Positions 28,633-38,775 of a stretch of DNA of 64,000 nt are shown piece after piece (the stretch's first letter is position 1; every line of letters starts with the position of its first letter). The stretch covers positions 22,390 through 86,389 of the forward strand of contig MHWB01000004.1 of NCBI GenBank assembly GCA_001823925.1. Direction: 5' to 3'. The stretch is from Candidatus Zambryskibacteria bacterium RIFCSPLOWO2_01_FULL_39_39 (lineage in GTDB: Bacteria; Patescibacteriota; Minisyncoccia; Phycocordibacterales; WO2-35-19). A program made the position numbers and the translations under genes. The notes below the pieces were generated by a model, which was not told where the DNA came from, made no database searches, and worked only from the letters and a program-made list of their open reading frames with translations.

Positions 28633-29538
28633 ATGGAAAAAAAAGAAATTCTCGTAAGTGTGGGTTTACCTGTCTACAATGGAGGAAAATTTATAGAAGA
28701 GGCTTTAGATTCGGTACTTGAGCAAACTCATACCAATTTTGAGCTGATTATTTCTGATAACGGGTCAACTGACAACACGGAAGCCATTTGTAGAAAATAT
28801 CAAAAGAAAGATTCAAGAATAAAATATATCCGCCATGAGCAAAATCTTGGCGGTGTTTTTAATTTTGATTATTGCGTTAAGAAAGCGGTGGGTAAATATT
28901 TCACTTTTCTTGCATATGACGATTTATTGAATAAAAACTTTTTGGAGATAACTCTCGATTATTTGTTTTACCACAAAGAATGTGTGCTTGTTGCCGGTGA
29001 TTATGAACTAATAGATCAATTTGGAATACATATTGAAAACTTTACATTGGATAGAACAAGAGAAAATGTGTCTTGGAGAGAGCGTCGTCGTCAATTTTTT
29101 AAATACCCAACATCGTCTAAAATATACTTCTTTGGCTATGGTTTGTACAAGACCGATATAGTCAAACGGGTATACGCCGATAAGTTTAGAACCAAAATGT
29201 TTAAGGGGTCTGATATGGCTTCATTATGTCGTATAGCCACCCTGGGTGAAATGGTATCCATACCGACAATTCTCAGAAAATTCAGGATTCACGAAAATTC
29301 TTCAGTCAAAATTGAAATGTCAAAGTTGAACAAGAAACCATTATTAATTAAGAGGCTTATCCTCTTTACAAACGTATGCGAGGTGAGATTTGATCAAGCG
29401 AGAGTACTGATCAAATCTTGCCTTCCCATTAATGAAAAAATAAGAATCTTATCTTTTGTTTATTTTCAATATTTCAAAAGTTTTTTATCTAGAATATTAA
29501 ACCTTCCTAAGAAAATTAGTTCCTTGTTAAAAAATTAG
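28633..29538 (+). CDS. GT2 family glycosyltransferase
   Basis: VSVGLPVYNGGKFIEEALDSVLEQTHTNFELIISDNGSTD. Its ATG directly abuts the upstream stop. Confidence 0.7.
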   Translation: MEKKEILVSVGLPVYNGGKFIEEALDSVLEQTHTNFELIISDNGSTDNTEAICRKYQKKDSRIKYIRHEQNLGGVFNFDYCVKKAVGKYFTFLAYDDLLNKNFLEITLDYLFYHKECVLVAGDYELIDQFGIHIENFTLDRTRENVSWRERRRQFFKYPTSSKIYFFGYGLYKTDIVKRVYADKFRTKMFKGSDMASLCRIATLGEMVSIPTILRKFRIHENSSVKIEMSKLNKKPLLIKRLILFTNVCEVRFDQARVLIKSCLPINEKIRILSFVYFQYFKSFLSRILNLPKKISSLLKN

Positions 29539-30619
29539 TAATTTTCTCAGCTCTTTTTTGCCAAGTAAAATTTTTTACCTTTTCAAGAGCTTTTTCTGCC
29601 CAATCAATACCTTCTTTTGGTTCAGAATTAAATTTTTCAATTTTATCTGCAAGATCTCGCGGATTATCTGGTTCAAAAGAAATTGCACAATCTTCCAGAA
29701 CTTCACCAATTATCGGCAAATTTGAATATATAATAGGTTTTTTGCTTGCCATATACTCATACACTTTCATCGGAAAGCCCCAATCGCGAAAATGGGGCTT
29801 ATCCGGATATGGAATAACCAGCATATCCATTGTTTGCTCGTATTTTGGGACAAGTTCTTGACTTACGACCCCTAAGAAAATGCACCTATCCTCTACCCCG
29901 TTCTTGATCGCCAATGATTGATATTCTTCTATCTCATTTGGCTTTCCCCCAACAAAAACCATTTTGACTTTTTTATCCGGAATGAATCTTAGTGATTCAA
30001 TCATCATATCTACACCCTTGCTCATGCCCATAGTTTTGTAAAAACCGACATAACCAACAAGAATGCAGTCTAGCGGCAGATTCAGCTGTTTTCTCAGGTT
30101 TGGAATATCAGTGTTTGGATTAAATTTACTCAAGTCAACACCACCATACGCTACGAAAATTTTATTCTTCTGTAGTCCGGTTTTTTTAATAATCAAATCT
30201 TTAAGCCTTTCCGAGGTTGAGATGAGAAAATCGCTATTGTTGGCAATATATCCGTCTCGCCAATCTTGGAATATCTGATGCCAATCCGAGCATATTTTAT
30301 ATTTAAATCCGAAAATTTTTCGCCAAAAAATCAATACAGAGAGCAAATATGGGTCATTTGAAAAGAAGAAACAATCACTACAGTTATGCCTCCTGAATAT
30401 AAAAAACGGCAAGCTAAAGAAATAATAAACTGTTCTAACCCGGCTAGGTGCATATAAAACCTTTACATTGATACTTTTAAGTTCGGGGCCAGTTTGGCGA
30501 ACTATAAAAGTAAAGTCTTCGCTTAAAATCTTACTAAATACCTCTGCCATATTACGCACAAAAAAATGGTCGGCAGTCGAGCTCGGATATTTTTTTGAAG
30601 TTAGGTAGACTAATTGCAT
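29516..30619 (-). CDS. GT4 family glycosyltransferase
   Basis: 367 aa, GT-B fold with the E-x7-E donor region (EYMASKKPIIYS...). Confidence 0.65.
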   Translation of the reverse strand: MQLVYLTSKKYPSSTADHFFVRNMAEVFSKILSEDFTFIVRQTGPELKSINVKVLYAPSRVRTVYYFFSLPFFIFRRHNCSDCFFFSNDPYLLSVLIFWRKIFGFKYKICSDWHQIFQDWRDGYIANNSDFLISTSERLKDLIIKKTGLQKNKIFVAYGGVDLSKFNPNTDIPNLRKQLNLPLDCILVGYVGFYKTMGMSKGVDMMIESLRFIPDKKVKMVFVGGKPNEIEEYQSLAIKNGVEDRCIFLGVVSQELVPKYEQTMDMLVIPYPDKPHFRDWGFPMKVYEYMASKKPIIYSNLPIIGEVLEDCAISFEPDNPRDLADKIEKFNSEPKEGIDWAEKALEKVKNFTWQKRAEKITNFLTRN

Positions 30620-30620
30620 C

Positions 30621-31559
30621 TTATTTCTTACGAGCGATAATCCCGAGATTACCTATTTGGACAAACAAAGGAATTTTGGAAAGTCTGGTCCAATCCAAAA
30701 AACGGTGTAGCGCCGATTTTACGAAAAGTGGCCTCAGTGGCAGAAGCGAAAACAGATACCCAAGCGAGTGCCGGCTTTTGGGGTAAAAAACTTTGAGAAC
30801 CTCATAGTTACATTTTTCAAAGAGTTTCCTTATAGTGTTTTTATCATAAAGATAGGTATGTTCAATATCTATAATCGGAGACTTTTCACCCAAAATTCTA
30901 GCACTAAGTGACTTTAGATTGTGATTGATGGCGATGAGCACTCCGCCCGGCTTGAGCAAAATCAAAGCATCACTCAAAACTTTAGATGGATCAAGAAAAT
31001 GATCGAGAGTTTGAAACATACAAATAACATCAAAAGAGTTTGGCGGAAACATATTTTTATCAAACATGCCCTGTTTGATTGACGCTTTTATATTTACAGA
31101 AGCCTTTGCTATTGCTTCACTGCTTGGCTCAACACCAAAAACTTTTTTGTAACCTTGTCTCAAAGCCTCCTCTAAAAAAAATCCGTTGCCACAGCCGATT
31201 TCCAACAACGCCTCTTTTTCCGCGATAAACGACGTAAGTTTTTTCAAATAATATCCGTATGTCTTTATTAAATTACCAACCTGTCCTTCATATGTAAAAC
31301 TACTACGATTGTACAATTCGGAATAAACTTCCGGAGAAACAATCGGATCCGACCGCAAAAGTGAGCAGGTGTTGCATTTGACCATGCGAAAATGGATCTT
31401 CTCTCCATAAAATCTGCGGGCCGAAAAAGCTTTTTCATCTAGATTCTCTCCAGACAAATGAGCTGGATAAACTTCCGTAGCATTACCATAAGTGCCACAT
31501 ATAGCACACTTAGTAGCTATGGTTGGATTGACATTAGATTTTCCAGAAACCATGTACAT
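30621..31559 (-). CDS. Class I SAM-dependent methyltransferase with N-terminal zinc ribbon
   Basis: CAICG...CNTC zinc finger, then LEIGCGNGFF SAM motif and the LLKPGGVLI post-II motif. Confidence 0.65.
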   Translation of the reverse strand: MYMVSGKSNVNPTIATKCAICGTYGNATEVYPAHLSGENLDEKAFSARRFYGEKIHFRMVKCNTCSLLRSDPIVSPEVYSELYNRSSFTYEGQVGNLIKTYGYYLKKLTSFIAEKEALLEIGCGNGFFLEEALRQGYKKVFGVEPSSEAIAKASVNIKASIKQGMFDKNMFPPNSFDVICMFQTLDHFLDPSKVLSDALILLKPGGVLIAINHNLKSLSARILGEKSPIIDIEHTYLYDKNTIRKLFEKCNYEVLKVFYPKSRHSLGYLFSLLPLRPLFVKSALHRFLDWTRLSKIPLFVQIGNLGIIARKK

Positions 31560-31671
31560 AACATTATCATCTAATAGAACAGAAAGTCTATTCTTGACAC
31601 ATCTTCTAAAAAAGTTAATAATATGGCCTATAATAGACTTGCTGACAAGAAAGCCAAGTGCCTATATTACT

Positions 31672-32475
31672 GTGAAAAAAGGACAAAAAAATATAAAGGA
31701 TAAAGGTTCTCTGATTAGAGATCATATAATAAATATGTCTTATTGGAGTAAGACAGCAGAAACAGGTTCTGCTTTGTGTATATCTGATATTTTGGCTGTC
31801 CTATATTTCAAGATACTCCACATAAATCCAAAAAAACCGGATGATTTTGATAGGGATAGATTTTTATTAAGTAAGGGTCATGGAGCTTCTGCGCTTTATG
31901 CGGCTCTAGCAGAACGCGGATTTTTCTCTGTAGATAAATTAAAAAAGTATCGAGTAAATGGTGGAATTTTTCATGGTCACCCATCTAAAGAGGTTGCTCC
32001 TGGTATTGAAATATCAAGCGGATCATTAGGTCACGGCCTTTCAATTGGAGCTGGAATGGCGCTAGTACTTAAAAAATCTCTTCCAAAAAGAAAGGTCTTT
32101 GTTCTTATGGGTGATGGAGAATGCAACGAGGGGTCAGTATGGGAAGCGACAATGTTTATCGCCAGCCACAAATTGAACAATGTAATCGCGATTATAGACG
32201 ATAATGGTTTCCAGGGCTTTGGCAAAACCTCCGATGTGCACACTATGGATTTGGCTACCAAGTTCAAAGCTTTTGGTTGGCAAATATTTCATGTCGACGG
32301 ACACAACCCTGTCCAATTGGAAAAAATATTAAACAAAGCAAAGACGAGCAGTAGGCCGTGTGTTGTAATAGCCAAGACTATAACGGGCAAAAGTATCCCT
32401 AATATTGAAAACACACTGCATGCACACTACTATATAGTAGACGAGAAAACACACAAAAACCACCATGAGAAATGA
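31672..32475 (+). CDS. Transketolase, N-terminal (ThDP pyrophosphate-binding) subunit
   Basis: LIRDHIINMSYWSKTAETGSALCISDIL...SKGHGASALYA...GDGECNEG. Start uncertain. I chose the GTG at 31672, which gives a typical 13-aa lead-in; the ATGs at 31552 and 31735 are alternatives. Confidence 0.65.
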   Translation: MKKGQKNIKDKGSLIRDHIINMSYWSKTAETGSALCISDILAVLYFKILHINPKKPDDFDRDRFLLSKGHGASALYAALAERGFFSVDKLKKYRVNGGIFHGHPSKEVAPGIEISSGSLGHGLSIGAGMALVLKKSLPKRKVFVLMGDGECNEGSVWEATMFIASHKLNNVIAIIDDNGFQGFGKTSDVHTMDLATKFKAFGWQIFHVDGHNPVQLEKILNKAKTSSRPCVVIAKTITGKSIPNIENTLHAHYYIVDEKTHKNHHEK

Positions 32476-33391
32476 TTTTGTAAAACAAATGCAAATAGAG
32501 ATGGAAAACAATAAAGATATTGTTTTCCTAACCGGTGACCTCGGGTTTAACGCGTTAGAACCACTACACCAATCGTTTCCCGATCGTTTCATTAATGTTG
32601 GGATTGCAGAAGCCAATATGATAGGTATCGCTGCCGGACTAGCGCTTACTGGCAAAAAAGTTATAGTGTATTCAATCGCCTCATTTCTTACCATGCGCCC
32701 ATATGAACAAATCCGAAACGATATTTGCTATCACAATCTGGATGTAAAAATAGTGGGAACCGGGGGAGGTTTCAACTATAGCACTCATGGTATCACCCAT
32801 CACACCATTGAAGATGTGGCTATTATGAATGTCCTGCCAAATATGCAAGTTCTGTGCCCAACTTATTCGTGGGAAGCTAGAGAGGCTACCAAATCTATGA
32901 TGAAATCCAAAAAGCCGACATATCTGCGCCTAGGCAAAAGCCCAAAAACAAATTTTTTCAAACCTGATTTTAAATTTAAAATCGGCAGAGGATTTGTCAT
33001 TAGAGAAGGCAAAGATATCTTACTTTTAGTTACGGGAAATATACTGGATTGTGGAATGGAGATCGCAGAAATCATAAAAAATAAAACAGGTTTGGAAATG
33101 TCTGTGATAAGTATGCCGAGTGTAAAACCGTTGGACAAGAAACTTATTTTGGAAACATCCAAAAAAGTAAAACTTGTAGCCACACTAGAAGAACATAGTT
33201 TACATGGAGGATTGGGATCAGAGGTGGCGATGCTACTCAGCCAATCACATTTGCCAAAACTGCCATTTATACCATCCGCTCTTCCAGATGTTTTTATCAA
33301 AGATGTCGGCAGTAGAGATTTTCTCCTCAACAAAGCTGGTCTTAGTCCTAAAAAAGTTGCGAAAAATATTATTAAAAAGCTCGGAAGGTAA
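32465..33391 (+). CDS. Transketolase, C-terminal (pyrimidine-binding) subunit
   Basis: FINVGIAEANMIGIAAGLALTGK...HGGLGS. It overlaps the N-terminal subunit gene by 11 nt, as in split tkt pairs. Confidence 0.75.
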   Translation: MRNDFVKQMQIEMENNKDIVFLTGDLGFNALEPLHQSFPDRFINVGIAEANMIGIAAGLALTGKKVIVYSIASFLTMRPYEQIRNDICYHNLDVKIVGTGGGFNYSTHGITHHTIEDVAIMNVLPNMQVLCPTYSWEAREATKSMMKSKKPTYLRLGKSPKTNFFKPDFKFKIGRGFVIREGKDILLLVTGNILDCGMEIAEIIKNKTGLEMSVISMPSVKPLDKKLILETSKKVKLVATLEEHSLHGGLGSEVAMLLSQSHLPKLPFIPSALPDVFIKDVGSRDFLLNKAGLSPKKVAKNIIKKLGR

Positions 33392-33397
33392 AATTTA

Positions 33398-34153
33398 ATG
33401 CAAAATCAAAACCAATCTTTGGTTGTTTGTGTCACCGGAGCCTCTTCTGGAATAGGTCGAGAATTGTCAAAACAATTAATACAATCTGGTTATATCGTTG
33501 TTGGGATTGCACGTAGAAAAAATCTTTTAGAAGAACTTGCCTCGGAACTAAACAACAAAAAATTCCATTTTTACGAAGCTGATGTGAGCAACCTAGAAGA
33601 AATAAAGAAGGTCAAAGATGCTCTATTGTTAAAAAAACTGATCCCTGGTGCAATAGTTTGTGGAGCCTCAATCAGTCAAAATGATACTGAACCAAATTTT
33701 AAAAATGACGTTGTAAGAAAAATTATGGAAATCAATTTTTTTGGCACAGCAAACATGGTAGATGTTTTTCTGCCAGAATTTTTGAAGACTGGTCACGGAC
33801 ATTTTATTTGCCTTTCATCAATCGCATCATGGAGACCAAGTATTCAGGGAGCAACATACCCAGCCAGCAAAGCGACAGTGGGAATGTTTTTTAGAGGCTT
33901 AAATTTAAGATATAAACCCTTGGGAGTAGATTTTTCCACTATCTACCTTGGACCAGTTGAAACAGAGATGTGGGAAGGAAAACCTTCTTTTGTTGTAGCA
34001 ACTCCAAATGTGATAGCTAAAAAAATAATACAGCTAATTTTAAATCCAAAGCCAATCTCATATATACCATTTTTATCTACTACTTTGTCTCGCTTAAGCA
34101 CTTTGATTCCTGACTGGCTCTATGCTAAATTAAGCTCATATTTATTCAAATAA
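33398..34153 (+). CDS. SDR family oxidoreductase
   Basis: TGASSGIG glycine motif and the YPASK catalytic Tyr-x3-Lys. Confidence 0.7.
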   Translation: MQNQNQSLVVCVTGASSGIGRELSKQLIQSGYIVVGIARRKNLLEELASELNNKKFHFYEADVSNLEEIKKVKDALLLKKLIPGAIVCGASISQNDTEPNFKNDVVRKIMEINFFGTANMVDVFLPEFLKTGHGHFICLSSIASWRPSIQGATYPASKATVGMFFRGLNLRYKPLGVDFSTIYLGPVETEMWEGKPSFVVATPNVIAKKIIQLILNPKPISYIPFLSTTLSRLSTLIPDWLYAKLSSYLFK

Positions 34154-34154
34154 G

Positions 34155-35111
34155 ATGCTTACTAATAAAAAAATTTCCGTTGTAATTGTTTGTTACTTTG
34201 ACGAAAAAGCTATTCATGCATTATATTCACGACTTACAGAAACCCTTAAAAAGATAACGAGCATCTACGAAATCATATATGTAAATGACGCCAGCCCAGA
34301 TAATTCAGAAATGATATTGAGGGAAATTGCCGCCAAAGATAAAAATTTAACAATAATTAATCATTCGCGAAATTTTGGAGCTCAAGCTGGTTTTACAAGT
34401 GGTATGATACAGGCTACTGGAGATGCGGTTGTCCTTATGGATGGTGACCTTCAAGATCCCCCCGAACTCCTTACAGAATTTGTCCAAAAATGGCTAGACA
34501 GCAATATGGTTGTCTACGGAGTAAGGAAACAAAGGGAAAAGAGTATGGGTAAAATCAAAGAATGGTTATACCATCAATTTTATGTATTATTCAGCTACAC
34601 TTCTTATATAAAAATTCCAGAAGATGCTGGGGAATTTTCTCTTATGGACAGGGTGGTCGTTGATCATATGAACGCATTGCCTGAAAGGGACCGATTTATC
34701 AGGGGACTTCGCGCATGGGTTGGTTATAAAAGTATTGGAGTAAATTACAAAAGGCCCGAAAGATTTGACGGTAGACAGTCCGTATCCACCAAAGGACTTC
34801 TAAGCGCTTTCAGGTGGGCAAGAAAAGCTATATTCTCTTTCTCGTATAAACCGCTGGAAATAGTGACCTATGTGGCTATACTTACGACTGTCGCCGCTTT
34901 ACTTGCTATTTTATATTACATAATAGGCTTCTTTGTGTGGGGTGCACCACAAGGTTTCGCCACACTGGTTGTCATAGTCCTGTTTCTGTCATCCGTCCAG
35001 TTAGTAGCCATCAGTGTCATCGGTGAATACACGACCAAAATTTTTGAAGAAGTTAAAGGACGTCCTCGTTTTATCATCCGCGACATAGTCAACGACCACC
35101 GAAAGAGTTAG
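34155..35111 (+). CDS. Polyprenyl-phosphate glycosyltransferase, GT2 (GtrB/ArnC-like) with C-terminal TM helices
   Basis: ISVVIVCYFDE...VNDASPDNS...DGDLQDPPE and two C-terminal TM helices. Confidence 0.7.
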   Translation: MLTNKKISVVIVCYFDEKAIHALYSRLTETLKKITSIYEIIYVNDASPDNSEMILREIAAKDKNLTIINHSRNFGAQAGFTSGMIQATGDAVVLMDGDLQDPPELLTEFVQKWLDSNMVVYGVRKQREKSMGKIKEWLYHQFYVLFSYTSYIKIPEDAGEFSLMDRVVVDHMNALPERDRFIRGLRAWVGYKSIGVNYKRPERFDGRQSVSTKGLLSAFRWARKAIFSFSYKPLEIVTYVAILTTVAALLAILYYIIGFFVWGAPQGFATLVVIVLFLSSVQLVAISVIGEYTTKIFEEVKGRPRFIIRDIVNDHRKS

Positions 35112-36463
35112 CGAAACAATTTTCGATATAAACAAACTCCTCCCAGAGAAAACAGGAGGAACATAAAAGGAAAGGCTTGGAAGGCGTAGCGGGGACCAGA
35201 AGCGGGGCCAGCAAGAAGCATTAGGTAGCCGATGGTGAAAACCAAAATCCATACTAAAACTTTTTTCCTATATTCCCATATACCAAATAGTGAGAGTGCA
35301 TAAGCTGCTAACCAGCACAATCTTTCTAAAACTTTCCACCACGATTTCATAATCCCCTCCCAAAATTCTCTCCATTTACCAGCCGACAGTGCACCAATAG
35401 CCCCTTCTTGAGATGCGCTTTGTTTATGTATAGCGGAATTATAAGTGTCTAAAGCAAAAGAAATAGTCGATGGGAAAAGAAATGGCAACGATGAAACGAT
35501 GTGGTATTTAAGATAAGAAAAGGGTTTTTCAAAAATGATTCTTTTCGCTTCTTTGCCTATTTTATCCGAATAGCGAATATCATAATAATCAGAACTTTCA
35601 ATATTTATTCTTTCTATAAATTTATAATACTCGTCACTCTGACTAGTATTATTTTTACTTGATAGAAATTTGGTAGCCGCCCAGCCAAGATTTTGCGACC
35701 GGAAAGAAGTGAACCCTGCCACACCAACCTCAACATAATTCCTTATAATCCAAGGGGATACAAATACCGCAAGCAAGACAAGCAATGTCCCAATAAATTT
35801 CAATTTGTATTTAAAATTAACATTGAAAGTTAGAACCGGAGTAACAATCACGGGTATTGCAAACATGCCCAGTCTAGTATATACAGCAAAAGCAAAGACC
35901 AAAGACACCCAAAAGACTTTGTAAAATGGTCTTTCATTACTCAATGAAAGTATGAGATAAAAACTTAATGTAAATAAAAACAAAAACAAGGTGTCGGTAA
36001 GAATGGCTAAACTCAATACGAGAGTAACTGGATTTATTAAAAATAAGAAAGCAGCAATTTCACCAACTTTTTTTGAAACAAAAAGTATTCCGATTCTTCT
36101 TATAATAAAAGCAGAAAGAAAAACCATTAAAATTTGAACCAGTGTGACTGCAAAATATGATCTGCCAATAGTTTTTAGTACAGCGACAAAGAGTGGGTAC
36201 CCGGGAGTTCTGAGTGTTTCTGTTTTGCCATTTTGACTAAACCTGTCTCCATTTATTAGAGATTCCGAAAGATTATAATATCCTTCGCTATCCTGAGCCA
36301 TGACTGGCAGAAATGGCTTAATACCAGTATCGTTTTGGAAGTTATTTATGTGTATAGTAAAAAACCAAAATAATATATAAATTACAAAAATAATAATGAC
36401 ACTAATTTTAAACCATCTTGACAAATCTCCAGCTTCTTGTTTAATTCTTGAAAAAATTCTCAT
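35108..36463 (-). CDS. GT-C fold membrane glycosyltransferase (GT39/GT83 ArnT/PMT-like), putative
   Basis: 451-aa polytopic protein. The first extracytoplasmic loop has a GDRF...RTPGYPLF motif reminiscent of the ArnT/PMT family. Confidence 0.4.
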   Translation of the reverse strand: MRIFSRIKQEAGDLSRWFKISVIIIFVIYILFWFFTIHINNFQNDTGIKPFLPVMAQDSEGYYNLSESLINGDRFSQNGKTETLRTPGYPLFVAVLKTIGRSYFAVTLVQILMVFLSAFIIRRIGILFVSKKVGEIAAFLFLINPVTLVLSLAILTDTLFLFLFTLSFYLILSLSNERPFYKVFWVSLVFAFAVYTRLGMFAIPVIVTPVLTFNVNFKYKLKFIGTLLVLLAVFVSPWIIRNYVEVGVAGFTSFRSQNLGWAATKFLSSKNNTSQSDEYYKFIERINIESSDYYDIRYSDKIGKEAKRIIFEKPFSYLKYHIVSSLPFLFPSTISFALDTYNSAIHKQSASQEGAIGALSAGKWREFWEGIMKSWWKVLERLCWLAAYALSLFGIWEYRKKVLVWILVFTIGYLMLLAGPASGPRYAFQAFPFMFLLFSLGGVCLYRKLFR

Positions 36464-36473
36464 AAATTATTTT

Positions 36474-37016
36474 TTAAAAAGTTTCCGCCTCGTTTAATTT
36501 CGGTAATCTCCTATCCCGATCACAAAGTTGCGGATTTAATACTTGCCAATTTATATTTAATGCCGGGTCATTCCACCTCACCCCCTTTTCGGCATCAGTA
36601 TTATATTCACTGGTGCACTTATAAAAAAAGTGAGCCTCTTCGGACAATACCGCAAAGCCGTGGGCAAAACCAGGTGGTATATAAAAAGACAGGTGATTTT
36701 CGTCGGAGAGCTCCACACCCACCCATTTACCAAAAAATGGCGAATTTTTTCTCATATCAACTGCCACATCCAAAATTTCTCCTTTAATGACTGAGACCAA
36801 TTTCCCTTGAGCATAAGGAGGGAGTTGATAATGAAGACCTCTAACTACTCCTAATTTTGAATAAGAATAATTATCCTGGACAAAATCAGGAATATGTTCC
36901 GGCTCAAAATCACTCTTTTTATATTTCTCCATAAAAAAACCACGCCCATCTTTAAAAACAGCCGTTTCGATCAGCAACAAACCAGGAATTTCTAATTTTT
37001 TGAAGTTAAAAGACAT
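36474..37016 (-). CDS. rmlC: dTDP-4-dehydrorhamnose 3,5-epimerase
   Basis: 180 aa with RmlC motifs RGFFME, VRGLHYQ, PPGFAHGF. Confidence 0.8.
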   Translation of the reverse strand: MSFNFKKLEIPGLLLIETAVFKDGRGFFMEKYKKSDFEPEHIPDFVQDNYSYSKLGVVRGLHYQLPPYAQGKLVSVIKGEILDVAVDMRKNSPFFGKWVGVELSDENHLSFYIPPGFAHGFAVLSEEAHFFYKCTSEYNTDAEKGVRWNDPALNINWQVLNPQLCDRDRRLPKLNEAETF

Positions 37017-37024
37017 TTTTTAAT

Positions 37025-38737
37025 TTACTTATTTTTACCACAACCCAAAACTTTTGCAGTAATATATTTATCTTTCTCGACATAAATAACCTTGCAAGAA
37101 TTCATATAGCTTGTATAAAAACTATCATCTGAGATTTTCGGTATATCGATGAAAAGAATGTGCCCATTAAAACTATCCAAAATTTTTTTATATTCATCTT
37201 CAAACTGTGGAGTGGTGTACATTCTTCTTTCATACTTTCCAGTCTGCATGACACTCCAACCAGCGTTGTTGTTATACACTATGACTTTTTTTATCTCCAA
37301 ATTATTTTTTATAAATTCCACCGAACTTACAGCCAATTTCGTAGCGCTACCGTTTATTTTGCCAAACAGATATTCTTCCACAAAAACAGTATTGTATAAA
37401 AGGCCTAAAATTAAAATGCAAAAAAACACTCTTTTCTGTATATTTTTTATTCTGAAATGGGATAGAGCAAAAATAACCAAACAAATCCATATTAAAGCCA
37501 AGAATACAAAAGAGATATAAAATCCTGTTGGTCCAGACCCGCCCGTAAACGGAAACAAGAAGTTCCATTTCAAACTTATTACCCTGTTAATCCATTCTGT
37601 CTTGGGGTAAAGAGCCGGCACAAAATGATTAAAAAACTGAAGAACAAAGATCGCGACAGAAATTATAGAGATCGTAATAAAATCTATTTTTTCTAACTTT
37701 TCTTCTTTATTGCTAAATATTTTGGTAAACACCGCCCCAGAAATGAGGCATAGTGGAACAATTAAAAATTGAAAATATCTGTCCATTGCCCCTATGGAAA
37801 AATCAAAAGCGAACAAATAGAAAAACAAGCCGATAAAGATAAACAAAAAGAAAGGTCTGGTTTTCCTCCAAATTTCTTTATCTATAAATAATAATGGCAG
37901 AAGTAAGAGCGGTGAAGTATACATCACGGCCTTAGCAAATTGGATGAATGTCTGTAACCATCCCCTGTCCAAAAAACTAGATGAATTTGCAAAATGTTTC
38001 CAATAATTCAGCGAGTACTCCAAATTAAAAAACGGAAAAATATATTTAGCCAAAAACAAAACTATTACTAAAGTAATTACCCCAAACAACCCCAAAGCAA
38101 AATATTTTAATATCCTGACTTTATCTTTGAATACATTTTTTTCAAAAGCAAAATCTAAAGCCAAAGCAAATATTGGTAAAACACCGCTGACCTTTACCAA
38201 AAATCCACCTACCGCTCCAACAATTAAAACGGCTAACCATTTTAAATTTCCATCTTTCAAATTAAAACCACCGGTTTTAAGTTTAAAATAACCAACAAGC
38301 ATCACGAGAAAGAAAAATGGCATAACCGCACCATCTACATCAACCATAAGAGAAGCCAATACCGAATAAAAAGATATAGTAAAAAGTCCAGCGCTCCAGA
38401 GAGTAGTTTTGTTCACTTGTCCTGAGCTCGTCGAAGGAAAAATTATTTTAGCTAAATAAAAAATTAGAAGTAGATTTGCAATACCAAAAATCAGTGGAAT
38501 GAGTCTGAAATTATTATCACCAACAACGGGTCCGAGGAATTTTGCATAAATAAACTCTGTAAGGGGTGGGTGGGGGACAGTGCCAGGTGCAACTATCTCT
38601 GGGTGAGAATATTGAACCCATTTATATTCGTCTTGATGATAAGGAGAATGGACTGCCGGTAAACGTACAAAAACAAAAAAAATTGCTAAAAAAACAAGCC
38701 AAACAAACTCCTTTTTGTGGAAAAAATCAAGGCTCAT
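37025..38737 (-). CDS. GT-C fold membrane glycosyltransferase (GT39/ArnT-like)
   Basis: 570 aa, ~13 TM segments. The N-terminal loop carries YHQDEY and an HPPL motif as in ArnT/PMT-family enzymes. Confidence 0.5.
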   Translation of the reverse strand: MSLDFFHKKEFVWLVFLAIFFVFVRLPAVHSPYHQDEYKWVQYSHPEIVAPGTVPHPPLTEFIYAKFLGPVVGDNNFRLIPLIFGIANLLLIFYLAKIIFPSTSSGQVNKTTLWSAGLFTISFYSVLASLMVDVDGAVMPFFFLVMLVGYFKLKTGGFNLKDGNLKWLAVLIVGAVGGFLVKVSGVLPIFALALDFAFEKNVFKDKVRILKYFALGLFGVITLVIVLFLAKYIFPFFNLEYSLNYWKHFANSSSFLDRGWLQTFIQFAKAVMYTSPLLLLPLLFIDKEIWRKTRPFFLFIFIGLFFYLFAFDFSIGAMDRYFQFLIVPLCLISGAVFTKIFSNKEEKLEKIDFITISIISVAIFVLQFFNHFVPALYPKTEWINRVISLKWNFLFPFTGGSGPTGFYISFVFLALIWICLVIFALSHFRIKNIQKRVFFCILILGLLYNTVFVEEYLFGKINGSATKLAVSSVEFIKNNLEIKKVIVYNNNAGWSVMQTGKYERRMYTTPQFEDEYKKILDSFNGHILFIDIPKISDDSFYTSYMNSCKVIYVEKDKYITAKVLGCGKNK

Positions 38738-38775
38738 AAAAAAATATTATCACAAAATAGCCATGGAATAAAGGG

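Noticed and set aside
31492-31671. Longer N-terminal extension of the transketolase N-subunit as given in the ORF track
   Set aside because: It would overlap the convergent methyltransferase gene by 68 nt and adds 60 non-conserved residues. The GTG at 31672 gives a canonical N-terminus.
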